64,000 nucleotides of DNA from Candidatus Amesbacteria bacterium (GCA_027371535.1 DAHXMV010000001.1:253259-317258), one strand, 5' to 3'. Positions 1 through 10,856 are shown, counted from the stretch's first letter. Program-made: numbers and translations. The notes: generated by a model not told the origin, from the letters alone.

Positions 1-2117
1 TCAGCGGAAGAAAAGACCGGCCTGACCAACAAAGCGTTACCGTACATATATTCGTCATGAGGAGATATCATGTCTGTTCCAGAACCGGGGTAACCATATT
101 GGGAATAAGATTTTTCATCATCCGGATAATTGATATACAAAGGCTGCATCAGATAAGGGATCCCGGTGGCATACCAGTGCTTAGCCTGATCATAAGTATA
201 TTGGTGCAGACGCTCTTTAAGTTGGGAAAACCAGATGACAGAGTTTTGGTAAACAGAGTTGGCTGTCAGATGCCAAAAACCCAGGGAATGATTCATTTGG
301 GGAGTAAAGGTCAAAAGCTGCAGACTCCGGGTTAATTCTTTCTGCTGACTGTCGGTCATTGTTAGGGACGCATTAACAGGAGTTGCCGGCTCGGATCTGA
401 TGTTAAATTCCAAATTCGGATGCGGATAGCCGGAAGCTATCTGTGTTAACCCGGAATCCAACCAATATTTAATATAATATGCTTTATTGTCCCAAGGGAT
501 GGTGGCTTTGGTTGCATTATTACAAGTTCCATCAGATGAATTTATACAACTGTCACCCAGCCAACCCTGGGATTCCTGCAAATCGGTTCCTACCGACAGC
601 CAGTCCATCCGGCCGAAATTCAGGAAATCACCACTGAATGAATCCGAATAATTTTTGTAAGTCTGGCTGATAAAGTTATCCGGCAAATTATAAACCGGTG
701 AACTATGAGGAAAATGCCGGTTGTCAGTAAACACACAGTCGTCATTTTTTATACCCCTGAACGGACCGTAAGAACTTTTCAGCAGGTTTATCCAATCTGA
801 CACGACAGCCGGGGAAGACAAATTCAGATAATAATAAGGCGGGTAATCCCAGAAAGCATATTTGGTATTATCCGGGCTGTAGATGACGCCGGTACCGGCA
901 GGAAAGGCACTGATAACACGAGACGGGTTGTCCAAAACCGGAGTATTACTGTCAATTGGAAAACACCCAGATTCCGTTTCAATCCGGTGGCGAATTCCGA
1001 TAAGCGGATAAATACCCAATCTGTTTAAATTATTAAACAGATTGGCTAAACCCGAAGTGGTTTGGCCATTAATAGTTACGTCCGGATACATTATTTTATC
1101 GGTAGTAAAAGCGTCCATAGCCGGACAGGACTTATACGCACCGCCAAAACCAACACGACTTTTAGGGTAGGTGTAATTATTATAAGTGACCTTTCCCCAA
1201 AAGCCCGACCCGATAGTCAAACTGGACAACGGAATATGATTACTTATGAAATTATTGGCGACATTATTAATGCTCGCTGACGTGGATTGATCTCCGAATT
1301 CATTAGCGGATTCCCAGCCCACTCCGAAGGCATTGTATTGGGGGTTTTTAAAATAAAAGCCTTTGGAACTCAGGTACTGATAATATTTTTGGTACATATC
1401 AGCCACCGTATCACCTTTGATAATTGCCAGGGGCGCGGGGGCACCTTCCACATACTGGTCATGTTTCTTCAATACCATGCAGGTTTCCCCTATCGGACAG
1501 CCCGACTGGCCGTTTCTGGAGAGACGCAGCTTTTTGGTGTACGGCTGGAGATAAACAATTATCATCTTCTCCGACGGCAAAACAAAAATCGGGGTTCTCA
1601 GGCGACAAATATCAGATTCATAAAAATCTATGGAGGGAAGATTAAGCCCCATCTTGTTGGTCGGAGTAAAACAATGGCCGTACCCAAAGTCGGAATCAAG
1701 AAAATCTTCCAATTCCACCTGGTTGGCAGCTTCTACCATTCCCAGACCATAAATATGACCAACAATTTTCGTCAGCCGGATTTCGTACTTATCCGGTTCG
1801 CAACCTGAGGTACCCGGCTGACAAATAAAGGAGGGCGAGGTTGAACTCAGCAGTTCGTAAACCCCGGATGAAACCCCCGTATTCCCGATAACTTTTCTGG
1901 CGGTGACTCCATTTATATCCGCAGGTTTGGCACCGTAAAGCAGATTTATGTTCAACATGGAATCAATTGTAGAAACAGAAATAGCCGTACCGGCGGCTGC
2001 CTCTGAACTGGTATTTATCGGGGTCCGGAGATGGGTAACGGCAATTCCGATAACAAATAAACCAGCCAAAACCGGGAGGAGAAAAAGAAATGATTTCTGA
2101 AAAAACGGTGATGACAT
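1..2117 (-). CDS. Partial (continues past window start) secreted glycoside hydrolase, GH31-like and divergent
   Basis: Not in the ORF track because it runs off the window edge. Reading the reverse strand from ATG at 2117 gives an open frame to position 3. N-terminal hydrophobic segment (MSSPFFQKSFLFLLPVLAGLFVIGIA). A C-terminal YEYMYGNALLVRPVF segment resembles the GH31 C-terminal signature, and an FTDNRHFP segment resembles the GH31 FTxDxxxFP region. The catalytic WxDMNE motif is not evident. Plus-strand ORFs 1287..1808 and 1424..1645 are probably shadows of this gene. Confidence 0.35.
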   Translation of the reverse strand, partial: MSSPFFQKSFLFLLPVLAGLFVIGIAVTHLRTPINTSSEAAAGTAISVSTIDSMLNINLLYGAKPADINGVTARKVIGNTGVSSGVYELLSSTSPSFICQPGTSGCEPDKYEIRLTKIVGHIYGLGMVEAANQVELEDFLDSDFGYGHCFTPTNKMGLNLPSIDFYESDICRLRTPIFVLPSEKMIIVYLQPYTKKLRLSRNGQSGCPIGETCMVLKKHDQYVEGAPAPLAIIKGDTVADMYQKYYQYLSSKGFYFKNPQYNAFGVGWESANEFGDQSTSASINNVANNFISNHIPLSSLTIGSGFWGKVTYNNYTYPKSRVGFGGAYKSCPAMDAFTTDKIMYPDVTINGQTTSGLANLFNNLNRLGIYPLIGIRHRIETESGCFPIDSNTPVLDNPSRVISAFPAGTGVIYSPDNTKYAFWDYPPYYYLNLSSPAVVSDWINLLKSSYGPFRGIKNDDCVFTDNRHFPHSSPVYNLPDNFISQTYKNYSDSFSGDFLNFGRMDWLSVGTDLQESQGWLGDSCINSSDGTCNNATKATIPWDNKAYYIKYWLDSGLTQIASGYPHPNLEFNIRSEPATPVNASLTMTDSQQKELTRSLQLLTFTPQMNHSLGFWHLTANSVYQNSVIWFSQLKERLHQYTYDQAKHWYATGIPYLMQPLYINYPDDEKSYSQYGYPGSGTDMISPHDEYMYGNALLVRPVFSSA

Positions 2118-2275
2118 CCGGGGGCCAGGAAGGGGTGAATAACCGGACGACTGCGGATCGGATACACGAGCGGGTTTATCCAAGTCTATTTGATCCATAA
2201 AATCTGTATTGTCCTGAGTTTTATTTATGGTAACAGTTCCCGTCAGGAGAGTCAAATCGGTTTTTCAGGTAAATT

Positions 2276-3559
2276 TCAGGAAATACGGCGATTCTTAATC
2301 AAACTGCTGACTGAACTGAAAAGTGAACCAGGATCGGACTGTTGGCGTTTTGCTTCTTCCCAGTCAAAAGGGCCGCGGACGTATTCGCGCATATCGGCCG
2401 GTTTTTCGGGCAATGATTGATTCATCATGCCGATTTCGTTGCCGTAATAAATTATAGGCACTCCGGGCTGATCTAATAATAATTTTGTGGCCCAGATGAT
2501 GTCGTCTTTGTTTCCCCGGCAGATTTCCCCCAGGCGCGCGCCGAAACTATTACCGTCCATACCGGAAAATTCATGACGGGAATTACCCTGGTCAATCAAC
2601 TGCTGCCGCTCCCGGGAGTCGGAAAGGAAAAACAAATCCACGGAATCATGATTGGTTAAAAATACAGTCCAGGAACACCCGGCAGGGGCCTGGCCGGTCC
2701 AGCGCCACATATCGGAAACCCCGGCGGTATTTTTAGAGGCGATAGCTGAAAGCATTTTGACTGCCAGGGGAAAATGCATCACTAGCTGGCATTCCCCCCC
2801 TTCACCGAAAAAAGCCCGGGCTTCGTCCGGCCAACCCCCGGCTTCGGCCAGCAGAACAGTTCCCGGGTATTTTTGATCGATATGCCGGCGCAAATCTTTC
2901 AAGATTTGGTGGGTTTCGGGCAGTCCGAAACAGTAGGTGCCGTCACGTTTGACCAACCGGGAAACCGCGTCCAGACGGAAACCGTCCACTCCCCTGTCCA
3001 GCCAAAAATCCATGACGCTTTGCAAGGCATTTTTAACTTCGGGATTGTCCCAGTTCAGATCGGGCTGTCCGGGATAAAAAGTGGCGTAGTAATAATCGCC
3101 GGTTGCCTGATTGAAAATCCAGTTTTTACCGTTTTTTTCGGGATGGTCGGCAAAATGGACAAAAGCCTGGGGAAAGCGGTCACGGTTGTCACTCCATAAA
3201 TACCAATTGCGTTTGGGGTTATTTTTTGACGAACGGGCTTCTTTAAACCAAGAGTACTGGTCCGATGTATGGTTTAAGACCATATCGATAATGATTTTCA
3301 GGCCATCGGTATGAGCGGTAGCCACAAACTGGTCAAAGTCGGAGAGAGTGCCCAGGGTCGGGCGGATATTCTGATAATCCGAGATGTCATAACCGCCATC
3401 TATTAAAGGAGAAGGGTAATGCGGTAATAACCAGAGGGTGTTGACGCCCAGGTTTTTAAAATAATCAAGTTTGGATGTCAGGGCGGAGAAATTACCGGCA
3501 AATTTATCGACATAAAGCTCATAAATAATTGCTTTTTCGAACCAGTTGGGAGAAAGCAT
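2276..3559 (-). CDS. GH13 alpha-amylase family glycoside hydrolase
   Basis: All four GH13 conserved regions are visible: DMVLNH, GFRLDAVSRL (nucleophile Asp), LLAEAGGW and FLTNHDS. The N-terminal YELYVDKFAGN...LGVNTLWLLP is typical of the family. Confidence 0.85.
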   Translation of the reverse strand: MLSPNWFEKAIIYELYVDKFAGNFSALTSKLDYFKNLGVNTLWLLPHYPSPLIDGGYDISDYQNIRPTLGTLSDFDQFVATAHTDGLKIIIDMVLNHTSDQYSWFKEARSSKNNPKRNWYLWSDNRDRFPQAFVHFADHPEKNGKNWIFNQATGDYYYATFYPGQPDLNWDNPEVKNALQSVMDFWLDRGVDGFRLDAVSRLVKRDGTYCFGLPETHQILKDLRRHIDQKYPGTVLLAEAGGWPDEARAFFGEGGECQLVMHFPLAVKMLSAIASKNTAGVSDMWRWTGQAPAGCSWTVFLTNHDSVDLFFLSDSRERQQLIDQGNSRHEFSGMDGNSFGARLGEICRGNKDDIIWATKLLLDQPGVPIIYYGNEIGMMNQSLPEKPADMREYVRGPFDWEEAKRQQSDPGSLFSSVSSLIKNRRIS

Positions 3560-3614
3560 CTTAAAATAAGTTTAGCAGATTTGATAGCCGAGGAATAAGT
3601 ATGTTATAGCCTAA

Positions 3615-3950
3615 TTGAAAATATGGATCAGGTTATGTGGTCTTAGACCCGATACCGAGTGGTCAGCAACCAATCCGGCAGACCAGGGTGATGCAAGGTG
3701 GAACATTACCAAAGGCTTAAATTACCAAGAGTATTCAGATCACAGAAACCTAACACCGTCGGGCCATGGGGAATTAACCTTCTTAGGCCAGGGTGTTAGG
3801 GTAATGTTTATCCCTGATTATCAAAATAATGTTTGGGGTGTAAGTGTAGACAGGGATCAGGAATTACATTCGGAAGAAATTCAAGGACGGTTTAGCAAAT
3901 TGAAAACTGCTTTTACTGAAGCAGGTTTCCCGGTTATTGAGTCGAAGTAA
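3615..3950 (+). CDS. Hypothetical small protein (111 aa), orphan plus-strand ORF between two minus-strand genes
   Basis: Open frame with ordinary amino-acid composition and no recognisable domain. The locus could instead be the 5' leader region of the GH13 gene. Confidence 0.2.
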   Translation: MKIWIRLCGLRPDTEWSATNPADQGDARWNITKGLNYQEYSDHRNLTPSGHGELTFLGQGVRVMFIPDYQNNVWGVSVDRDQELHSEEIQGRFSKLKTAFTEAGFPVIESK

Positions 3951-5178
3951 TTATTTTTTTTGGCGTAATCTTCTTTGATTTACTGACTGCTTCCAGGCGC
4001 ATGCGGATATCCTGGAGGACATTCATGAAGGCGATAAAGGCTTCGTATGGCGATTCATAAGGATTAAAATACTTGTGCACATCACCGTCGGCAAACCATT
4101 TAGTACACATGTAGTAAAAATGGTCGGATGTCTGCAACTTTCGCCAGTCAGATATAAGCTGATTGTCTCTGGTCTTTAAAATAGCTGATTCCAGGGCAAA
4201 CAATTTGCCGGCAGCATCATCCTGCATGGGATTACCCAACCAAGCGGAGACGTCCCTTTCGATATCCGCCCAGGACACAAAAAACGGAAAATCGAGTTCG
4301 CCCACAGCGGGGAGTTTCTTAACCGCCTCGGACGGGGTGACAAAGTAATTGTCCGGATGCTTTAACAACTCGCCCGGCAGATATCGCATAAATTCAAATA
4401 TCCCGGTATCTTCCCACTGATGTTCGCCAAAAGTTTCATAATCCATGAAAAGGTTGACGATATCCCCGGAACCGTTGACAGCCGAAACCCACCGGGCAAA
4501 TTTCGGAGCCGTCAAGGGATACTCGCTCCAACCCCGGGTGGAGAAACGAAAAGCAATATCATCGGAAAGTTTGAAATTTTTAAGCAACATCTTTATTTTT
4601 TGAGTACCCACCGGGCGGTAAAGGAAATTGGGGCTGCGCCAACCTAAAATATGCTCCGCACCTTCAGCAATAATACCCGTGTAACCCATTTTTTCCATAT
4701 ACCGACCCAGCTCGTTGTTGTAGATTAATTCTGTATTTCTGAAGACTTTAGGTATCTGATGAAAGAGAGTTTTGACCTTCTGATCGTGAAGCCTGACCTG
4801 GTGGGCAAATTCGTCTTTGGAATAGAGAAAGGACAGAGAGTGATAGTAGGTTTCGCTTAAAATTTCCACCCGGCCGGTGGCCGCCAGCTCCCGGAAAGAA
4901 TCTAAAGTTTCGGGAGCATATTCTGCCAGCTGGTCCATAACCACTCCAGACAGTGAGTATGCCAATTTCAACCGGGGGTGGCGGTGTAAAAGTTCCAAAA
5001 AAAGACGATTGGCTGGCAAATAAGACTTTCGGGCAACTTTTTGAAGAATTTCAAGATTATTCAGACGGTCACCGGGAGGGCTGTCGAAATATTCATGGCT
5101 GTTGCCAATATCAAAGACCCGGTATTTTCTAATCCGGTATGGTTGATGAACCTGGAAGTAAAAACAGATAGCGCTCAT
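3934..5178 (-). CDS. GH57 family glycoside hydrolase (alpha-amylase/alpha-glucanotransferase-like)
   Basis: N-terminal FYFQVHQPYR matches the GH57 'HQP' region, and MDYETFGEHQWED matches the GH57 D-x-E-x-FGHH region. Confidence 0.65.
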   Translation of the reverse strand: MSAICFYFQVHQPYRIRKYRVFDIGNSHEYFDSPPGDRLNNLEILQKVARKSYLPANRLFLELLHRHPRLKLAYSLSGVVMDQLAEYAPETLDSFRELAATGRVEILSETYYHSLSFLYSKDEFAHQVRLHDQKVKTLFHQIPKVFRNTELIYNNELGRYMEKMGYTGIIAEGAEHILGWRSPNFLYRPVGTQKIKMLLKNFKLSDDIAFRFSTRGWSEYPLTAPKFARWVSAVNGSGDIVNLFMDYETFGEHQWEDTGIFEFMRYLPGELLKHPDNYFVTPSEAVKKLPAVGELDFPFFVSWADIERDVSAWLGNPMQDDAAGKLFALESAILKTRDNQLISDWRKLQTSDHFYYMCTKWFADGDVHKYFNPYESPYEAFIAFMNVLQDIRMRLEAVSKSKKITPKKIITSTQ

Positions 5179-5222
5179 CTAAACCCTGAAACAACTAAAC
5201 TAACAAAGTACCAAGTATTATA

Positions 5223-6428
5223 TTACTTTTTACGGGAAAGCACTTTTTTGTAGACGTCGATGGTTTTGGAGGCCGCGGCAGACCAGGAAATCTTTTTAAC
5301 TTCAGCCTTACCATTAACTTTTAAGGCGGTGTGCAATGAAGGATAGTTGAGGACGGAGATAATCTGATTGGCCATTTCTTCCACGTCCCAAAAATCCACT
5401 TTTAGGACATGACCCAGGGCTTCGGAAGCGCCGGATTGTTTGGAAATAATGGCCGGAGTACCGGCAGCTACGGATTCCAGGGCCGTAATACCGAATGGTT
5501 CTGACACCGAAGGCATAATGAACAAATCAGCCGAACGAAAAGTCTGGGTGAGCAACTTTCCCCGTAAAAAGCCGGCGAACATTACCCGGTCTGAAAGACC
5601 CATCTGGATGGTCTGGTTGATAAGCTGACTTTCCATGTCCCCGGAACCGACAAACAGAAAAACGGCGTTGGGGAAATACTCCAGAGTGCGTTTGGCGGCT
5701 TTTAATAAATAATCCGGTCCCTTCTGCAGCGTCAACCGGCCGACGAATAAAACCACTTTAAAACCTGCGTCTTTTAAAGTCTGCAGAGGGTTGGCGTCAT
5801 CGACAGGAATGTCAAAATCCGCGGTGTTAACACCGTTATGGACAACATCAACTTTTTCCGGATGAATCTGATAATAGGTATTTAGTAAGTTCTTGGTAAA
5901 TTGAGAAACTGCAATTACGGCGCTGGATTTATCCATGCCGTGTTTTTCCACAGCATAGACTACAGGATTTGTGCCATTGCCGCCGGAACGGTCAAGTTCA
6001 GTGGCATGAACGTGGGTTATAAGCGGCCGGTCGGAGACATCACTGGCTACCACACCGGCCGGAAAACAGAGCCAGTCATGAGAATGAATCAGATCAAACT
6101 TACCTTTTTTAGCAATAGCTGCCGCCCGTTTGGCGTACAGATGGACAGCTGCAACCAGATCACGGGCCAGTTCGGGGTTGACACCCGGTGGCAGGAGTTT
6201 TAGTGTGTCATAGGGGTTTAACTGAAAATCCGGCCAACTGAAACCTTCGAGATCCGCAAAAACCAGTTTCATAAAATCGGCTTTGACATTAACTCTTTGG
6301 GGCAAAACGAAGGTGATTTCCACATTCTGATTTGCCAGTGCTTCAGTTAAACCGTAGCAGGCGGTTCCCAAACCTCCGCTATTATACGGAGGTAATTCCC
6401 AACCAAACATCAGCACCTTGAGGGGCAT
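5223..6428 (-). CDS. GT4 glycosyltransferase, glycogen-synthase-like
   Basis: Retaining GT-B/GT4 EX7E motif (SVSEPFGITALESVAAGTPAI). Archaeal-type glycogen synthase-like N-terminus (KVLMFGWELPPYNSGGLGT). Sits next to the GH57 and GH13 genes. Confidence 0.65.
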   Translation of the reverse strand: MPLKVLMFGWELPPYNSGGLGTACYGLTEALANQNVEITFVLPQRVNVKADFMKLVFADLEGFSWPDFQLNPYDTLKLLPPGVNPELARDLVAAVHLYAKRAAAIAKKGKFDLIHSHDWLCFPAGVVASDVSDRPLITHVHATELDRSGGNGTNPVVYAVEKHGMDKSSAVIAVSQFTKNLLNTYYQIHPEKVDVVHNGVNTADFDIPVDDANPLQTLKDAGFKVVLFVGRLTLQKGPDYLLKAAKRTLEYFPNAVFLFVGSGDMESQLINQTIQMGLSDRVMFAGFLRGKLLTQTFRSADLFIMPSVSEPFGITALESVAAGTPAIISKQSGASEALGHVLKVDFWDVEEMANQIISVLNYPSLHTALKVNGKAEVKKISWSAAASKTIDVYKKVLSRKK

Positions 6429-6470
6429 TATAAATATAATATATACTTATTGGCATAAGAGTAAAGTAGT

Positions 6471-7286
6471 ATGAAACTGATATTTGACATCGGCGGGACC
6501 AAGACCAGACTGGGTTTATCACCCGACGGATCGACAATTTCCACGGTGGTTGAAATGGACACTTTACCCGATCCCCAAAAGAACCTGGCGGCCATGTCCG
6601 GAGAGATAAAAAAAATGGCAGGCAGGGATAAAATCAGTGTCGGGTGCGGGGGGGTTGCCGGGGTACTGGATGCCAATAAAAGCGGGTTATTAAAATCTCC
6701 GAATCTGACCGGTTGGGAAAATTTCCCCCTGAAAAAAAATATCGAAAAAATTACCGGAGTGAGAGTATATCTCGTTAATGACGCGGCCATGGAAGGACTG
6801 GGTGAAGCTACCATGGGTGCGGGACGGCGGAAACAAACGGTGGCTTACTTAAGCATAGGAACCGGAATAGGCGGGGTCAAAATTCACGACGGAAAAATCT
6901 GCCCCGCAGCAGCGGGGTTTGAACCCGGACACCAGATAATCGACTGGGGCGGAAAAGCAGGCTATCTGGAACACTTTGCCAGCGGCCGGGCGATGGAGAA
7001 AATTTTTAACAGAAAACCTGAGGAAATTGACGAACCGGAAATTTGGGAAAAGGAAACCCGATTACTGGCCATCGGGATCCACAACGCTATCGTTTTTTGG
7101 TCACCTGAGATGGTGATTTTAGGCGGGGGTCTGATGCAAAAGATAGACCTGGAATATCTCAAAAATCTGATCCGGGAAGAACTGATTATTTTCCCAGTGC
7201 TACCGGAGATTGTCAGATCTGAGTTGGGAGAGAAGAGTGGCTTGTACGGAGCTCTGGCATACCTGAAGACGGTTTCCGATTTTTAG
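6471..7286 (+). CDS. ROK-family sugar kinase (glucokinase-like)
   Basis: N-terminal ATPase motif [26 protein letters not shown], and a GTGIGGV glycine loop. Divergent from the glycogen synthase gene. Confidence 0.7.
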   Translation: MKLIFDIGGTKTRLGLSPDGSTISTVVEMDTLPDPQKNLAAMSGEIKKMAGRDKISVGCGGVAGVLDANKSGLLKSPNLTGWENFPLKKNIEKITGVRVYLVNDAAMEGLGEATMGAGRRKQTVAYLSIGTGIGGVKIHDGKICPAAAGFEPGHQIIDWGGKAGYLEHFASGRAMEKIFNRKPEEIDEPEIWEKETRLLAIGIHNAIVFWSPEMVILGGGLMQKIDLEYLKNLIREELIIFPVLPEIVRSELGEKSGLYGALAYLKTVSDF

Positions 7287-9681
7287 CGGCAGTCTTTTTT
7301 CCGTTAACCAAAGCCCAGTCCAAAACTTCATCCAGCTGGGTGGCAAAATGAAACGCCAGATCCTTTTTAACCGTGGCCGGAATATCTTCCAAATCCTTTT
7401 TATTATCCTTAGGAAGGATGATCTGCCTGATGCCGGCCCGATGAGCGGCAATGACTTTTTCCTTTAAGCCGCCAATTTCCAAAACCCGGCCCCTCAGAGT
7501 AATCTCACCGGTCATGGCGGTATCCCGGCGGGTAGGCCGGTTGGTTAGGGCAGAGACAATGGCGGTGGCAATAGCAATCCCGGCCGAGGGACCGTCTTTG
7601 GGCACGGCGCCTTCGGGAACGTGGATATGGATGTCGGTTTTTTTGTAAAAATCGCGGGTTAATCCCAGTTTTTGCCAACGGCTTCTGATGAAGGAATAGG
7701 CGGCTTTGGCAGATTCTTTCATCACGTCACCTAACTGACCGGTAAGCTGTAAATCTCCCTTACCCGGCATGAGAGCGACTTCGATAAACAAAATATCTCC
7801 TCCCGCCTCTGTCCAGGCCAGGCCGGTACTCATACCGACTTCGTCCTGTTTCTCAGCCAGAGTTTCGGGAATTTTCTGAGGACCCAGGTATTTATGAACA
7901 TCGGTTAAACTGATGGTTGCGGTGACTTTCTTTTTTTCGGCAATATGTCTGGCAATTTTACGGCAGATATTGGCAAGCTGTCTTTCCAGGTCACGAACTC
8001 CCGCTTCACGGGTGTAGCGCTGGATGATTTCTTTTAAGGCAGCGTCTTCCAAAACATAAGTTTTCGCCAAACCGTTGGATTCCAACTGCTTGGGCCACAA
8101 ATATTTCCTGGCAATTTCAGCTTTTTCATCCAGAGTATAGCCGGCGAAATTGATGACCTCCAGCCGGTCTCTTAAGGCGGGGGGGATAGTGTCTAAAATA
8201 TTTGCCGTGGTAATAAACATCACTTCAGATAAATCAAATGGGACTTCCAGATAGTGGTCTGAGAACTCACGATTTTGCTCGGGATCCAAAGCTTCCAATA
8301 ATGCCGAGGAAGGATCGCCGCGATAATCACTGGCTAATTTGTCGATCTCGTCCAGCATAAAAACGGGATTTTTAGTACCGGCATTTTTAACCCCCTGAAT
8401 AATCCGGCCGGGCATGCTGCCGACGTATGTCCGCCGATGCCCGCGGATTTCCGCTTCATCACGTATACCGCCCAGTGAAACCCGGATGAATTTACGACCT
8501 AAAGCCCGGGCGATGGATTTTCCAATTGAGGTTTTGCCGACCCCGGGAGGACCGACAAAACACAAGATAGTCGGGTGGGTGCCGCTCTCGGTTTTGTGGC
8601 CTTCTGCCTGGCCTTTCAGTTTCATAACAGCAAGATATTCCAGGATCCTTTCTTTGGCCTTTTTAAGCCCGAAGTGATCTTCCTCCAGGACTTTAGCGGC
8701 TTTATCCAATGAGACATGACTGCCGGTAGTCCTGTACCAGGGCATATCCACCAGCCAGTCCAAATAACCCCTGATATAACTGGACTCGGGATTATGGATA
8801 CTCATCTGATCCAGACGGGACAGCTCTTTTTCGGCTTTTTTCCGGACATCAGGGGACATCTTGGCCAAACGGATCTGTTTTCTCAAAGCGCCGATCTCGT
8901 CATCTTCATCCACTTCATCAGAACCCAGTTTTTCCAATTCTTCCTGAATAGTTTTTTTACGCTCTCTTAATACCTGTTCCCGCATGCCTTTTTCAAACTT
9001 GGCATGGGTTTTGCTGGAAATAGATTTTTCCAGCTCCAAAACTTTGATTTCGTGAACCAAATTTTGTAAGACCAAATCCAATCTGGCCTGGATATTCAGA
9101 GTCTCCAATACCTGCTGCTTGATTTCAGTTCTGACCTCCAAAGAGTTGGCTACCTGATCTGCCAGTTCGGGAGACGCCACCCCGGCCATCAGCCGCATAA
9201 ATACCGGAAATTCAACTGATTTACCGAGATTAAAGGCATTTTTAAATTCGGCGACCAATTGTCTGGCCAAGGCGATCACCTGATCGCTTTCGGTCACATC
9301 CTCGGCAATTTCCTGAACCTGGGCAGTGAAATGCGGGTCGGTACCGATAAAATGGAGAATTTTAACCCGGGATATACCTTTGACCAGAGCCAATAATTCA
9401 TTACCATACGGGGCGACCTGTTCAATAGTGCAAAGGGTACCGATATCATATAAATCTTCCGGCTGGGGATTAGCGGTGGAATTTTTTTGAGCCACCAGGA
9501 CAATTTTTTTATCAGCTTTAATTGCGGCTTCAATCGCCGAATTGCTTTTGGGCCGGCCGAAAGTCAAATGAGCCTCAGTATGGGGAAAAACCACACCCTC
9601 CCTGAGGGCAACCAAAGGCAGAGTCTGAGACTCATCAGTCAAGTGGGGTTTGGCAGATATTTTGGATAAAGTAAAAGCCAT
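7213..9681 (-). CDS. lon: ATP-dependent Lon protease
   Basis: Lon N-domain, AAA+ Walker A (GPPGVGKTS) and protease catalytic Ser in [10 protein letters not shown]. 822 aa. The 3' end overlaps the convergent ROK gene by 74 nt. Confidence 0.9.
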   Translation of the reverse strand: MAFTLSKISAKPHLTDESQTLPLVALREGVVFPHTEAHLTFGRPKSNSAIEAAIKADKKIVLVAQKNSTANPQPEDLYDIGTLCTIEQVAPYGNELLALVKGISRVKILHFIGTDPHFTAQVQEIAEDVTESDQVIALARQLVAEFKNAFNLGKSVEFPVFMRLMAGVASPELADQVANSLEVRTEIKQQVLETLNIQARLDLVLQNLVHEIKVLELEKSISSKTHAKFEKGMREQVLRERKKTIQEELEKLGSDEVDEDDEIGALRKQIRLAKMSPDVRKKAEKELSRLDQMSIHNPESSYIRGYLDWLVDMPWYRTTGSHVSLDKAAKVLEEDHFGLKKAKERILEYLAVMKLKGQAEGHKTESGTHPTILCFVGPPGVGKTSIGKSIARALGRKFIRVSLGGIRDEAEIRGHRRTYVGSMPGRIIQGVKNAGTKNPVFMLDEIDKLASDYRGDPSSALLEALDPEQNREFSDHYLEVPFDLSEVMFITTANILDTIPPALRDRLEVINFAGYTLDEKAEIARKYLWPKQLESNGLAKTYVLEDAALKEIIQRYTREAGVRDLERQLANICRKIARHIAEKKKVTATISLTDVHKYLGPQKIPETLAEKQDEVGMSTGLAWTEAGGDILFIEVALMPGKGDLQLTGQLGDVMKESAKAAYSFIRSRWQKLGLTRDFYKKTDIHIHVPEGAVPKDGPSAGIAIATAIVSALTNRPTRRDTAMTGEITLRGRVLEIGGLKEKVIAAHRAGIRQIILPKDNKKDLEDIPATVKKDLAFHFATQLDEVLDWALVNGKKTAAKNRKPSSGMPELRTSHSSLPTQI

Positions 9682-9708
9682 AGTTCTTGAATATTTAGCA
9701 GTCTAGCA

Positions 9709-10209
9709 TTAAGAGTGACAAGAGTCAATCCGGGAAAAAAGCGAGATAAGAAGAGATATTACAAAACCTCCTAAAACATCTGTCAATGTATGCACACCGG
9801 CGATAATCCGGCTAAAAGCCGTCAGAAGACTTAAAAATACTAATATAAAGCCAAATTTCCTCTCCCTGAGAAATACCGGGAGCGACAGGCCAAAGGCAAT
9901 GGCCGTATGCAGGCTGGGAAAAGAGCCGTCGAGCAAATAGGGAATCAGGGGGGTGGTCCCGGAAACAATATAGGGGCGGGGAACATAGAACAGATTTTTT
10001 ATCACCATGCCAAGGACCAAGGCAACACCCGCACAAACCAAGGAGGTCAACAGTAACCGGGTGCGGCGGTATTTCAGCCAGTTTGAGAGAACCAGAAACA
10101 CGAGTGCAATCAGGAGATAATTTCCCGAATTTGCCACCAGTTCGTCTATAGTCAGCATATACATTAATGTATGATCAGCCGGGTTGGGGAGTCTCGGGTA
10201 TCCGTCCAA
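9709..10209 (-). CDS. PAP2-family phosphatase (undecaprenyl-diphosphatase-like)
   Basis: PAP2 motifs: KxxxxxxRP-like (VPRPY), PSLH (FPSLHT) and SRxxxxxHxxxD (SRIIAGVHTLTD). Multiple TM segments. Confidence 0.6.
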   Translation of the reverse strand: MDGYPRLPNPADHTLMYMLTIDELVANSGNYLLIALVFLVLSNWLKYRRTRLLLTSLVCAGVALVLGMVIKNLFYVPRPYIVSGTTPLIPYLLDGSFPSLHTAIAFGLSLPVFLRERKFGFILVFLSLLTAFSRIIAGVHTLTDVLGGFVISLLISLFSRIDSCHS

Positions 10210-10805
10210 TAGTAAAGCTGCCGGGCGGCTTCGATAGGCATATCAATACATCCGAAACCCACCCGATAGCCAAAGTCCTGGTGCCAATAACTGCCACGGA
10301 AGCTGAATTTATCAGTAAAGTATTGGGAATACGGAACATTGGGCAAGTAATAATAGGTTTGGTTTAAATGACTGCCACCCTCCAGAGTGACTGAAGGATA
10401 TTTATTCAGGATATGAAAATTTCCCACGGGAGTCCGGTTGTATAAACCCGTAGATACCGGGGTCTGTAAAAAAATATTACTCCCCTGGCGGGCAATCAAA
10501 ATCTGTTTGGTCAAATCAATTTCTATCCATTTTTGGCCGGAGGCTGCTCCCAGAACAGTTTTCGGACTGTCAGAGAAATTTCCGGCAATTACCTGCGTCG
10601 GAGTGAGGCTTTTATCCATCCAAAAAGCGACAGTCTGATTAATATTATGAGTATAGTTAACCGGGACACAACCTAAATATTTTTGCGGGTCGGTGATGGT
10701 TTCCAACCCCAATTGCAAACCGACTATCAGGGAAATACCAATAATTATAAACAAGAGAAAAAAACCCAAAGTGTGCCTCGTGGACCGGTTAATCATGACT
10801 AACAA
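10164..10805 (-). CDS. L,D-transpeptidase-like (YkuD domain) membrane-anchored protein
   Basis: N-terminal TM segment. C-terminal H...GFGCID resembles the YkuD His/Cys catalytic region (canonical motif is SHGCIR). Confidence 0.5.
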   Translation of the reverse strand: MLVMINRSTRHTLGFFLLFIIIGISLIVGLQLGLETITDPQKYLGCVPVNYTHNINQTVAFWMDKSLTPTQVIAGNFSDSPKTVLGAASGQKWIEIDLTKQILIARQGSNIFLQTPVSTGLYNRTPVGNFHILNKYPSVTLEGGSHLNQTYYYLPNVPYSQYFTDKFSFRGSYWHQDFGYRVGFGCIDMPIEAARQLYYWTDTRDSPTRLIIH

Positions 10806-10856
10806 CTATCAATTTAAAGTGAAAATTACAGCCAAAGCAAGGACCAAAAATCTGGC

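Noticed and set aside
1287-1808. Plus-strand ORFs 1287..1808, 1424..1645, 1062..1280 and 57..335
   Set aside because: They lie entirely within the long minus-strand GH31-like frame. Their composition is odd and they have no motifs, so they are treated as shadow ORFs.
2652-3314. Plus-strand ORFs inside the GH13 gene (2652..2876, 2873..3199, 3111..3314)
   Set aside because: Antisense to a well-supported GH13 CDS. Shadow frames.
3951-3958. T8 run that could look like a terminator tail
   Set aside because: It lies inside the 3' end of the GH57 CDS (Lys codons on the minus strand) and has no adjacent GC hairpin.
6428-6814. Minus-strand 128-aa ORF overlapping the start of the ROK kinase gene
   Set aside because: Antisense shadow of the ROK gene. 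Pro/Ser-rich and of low complexity.
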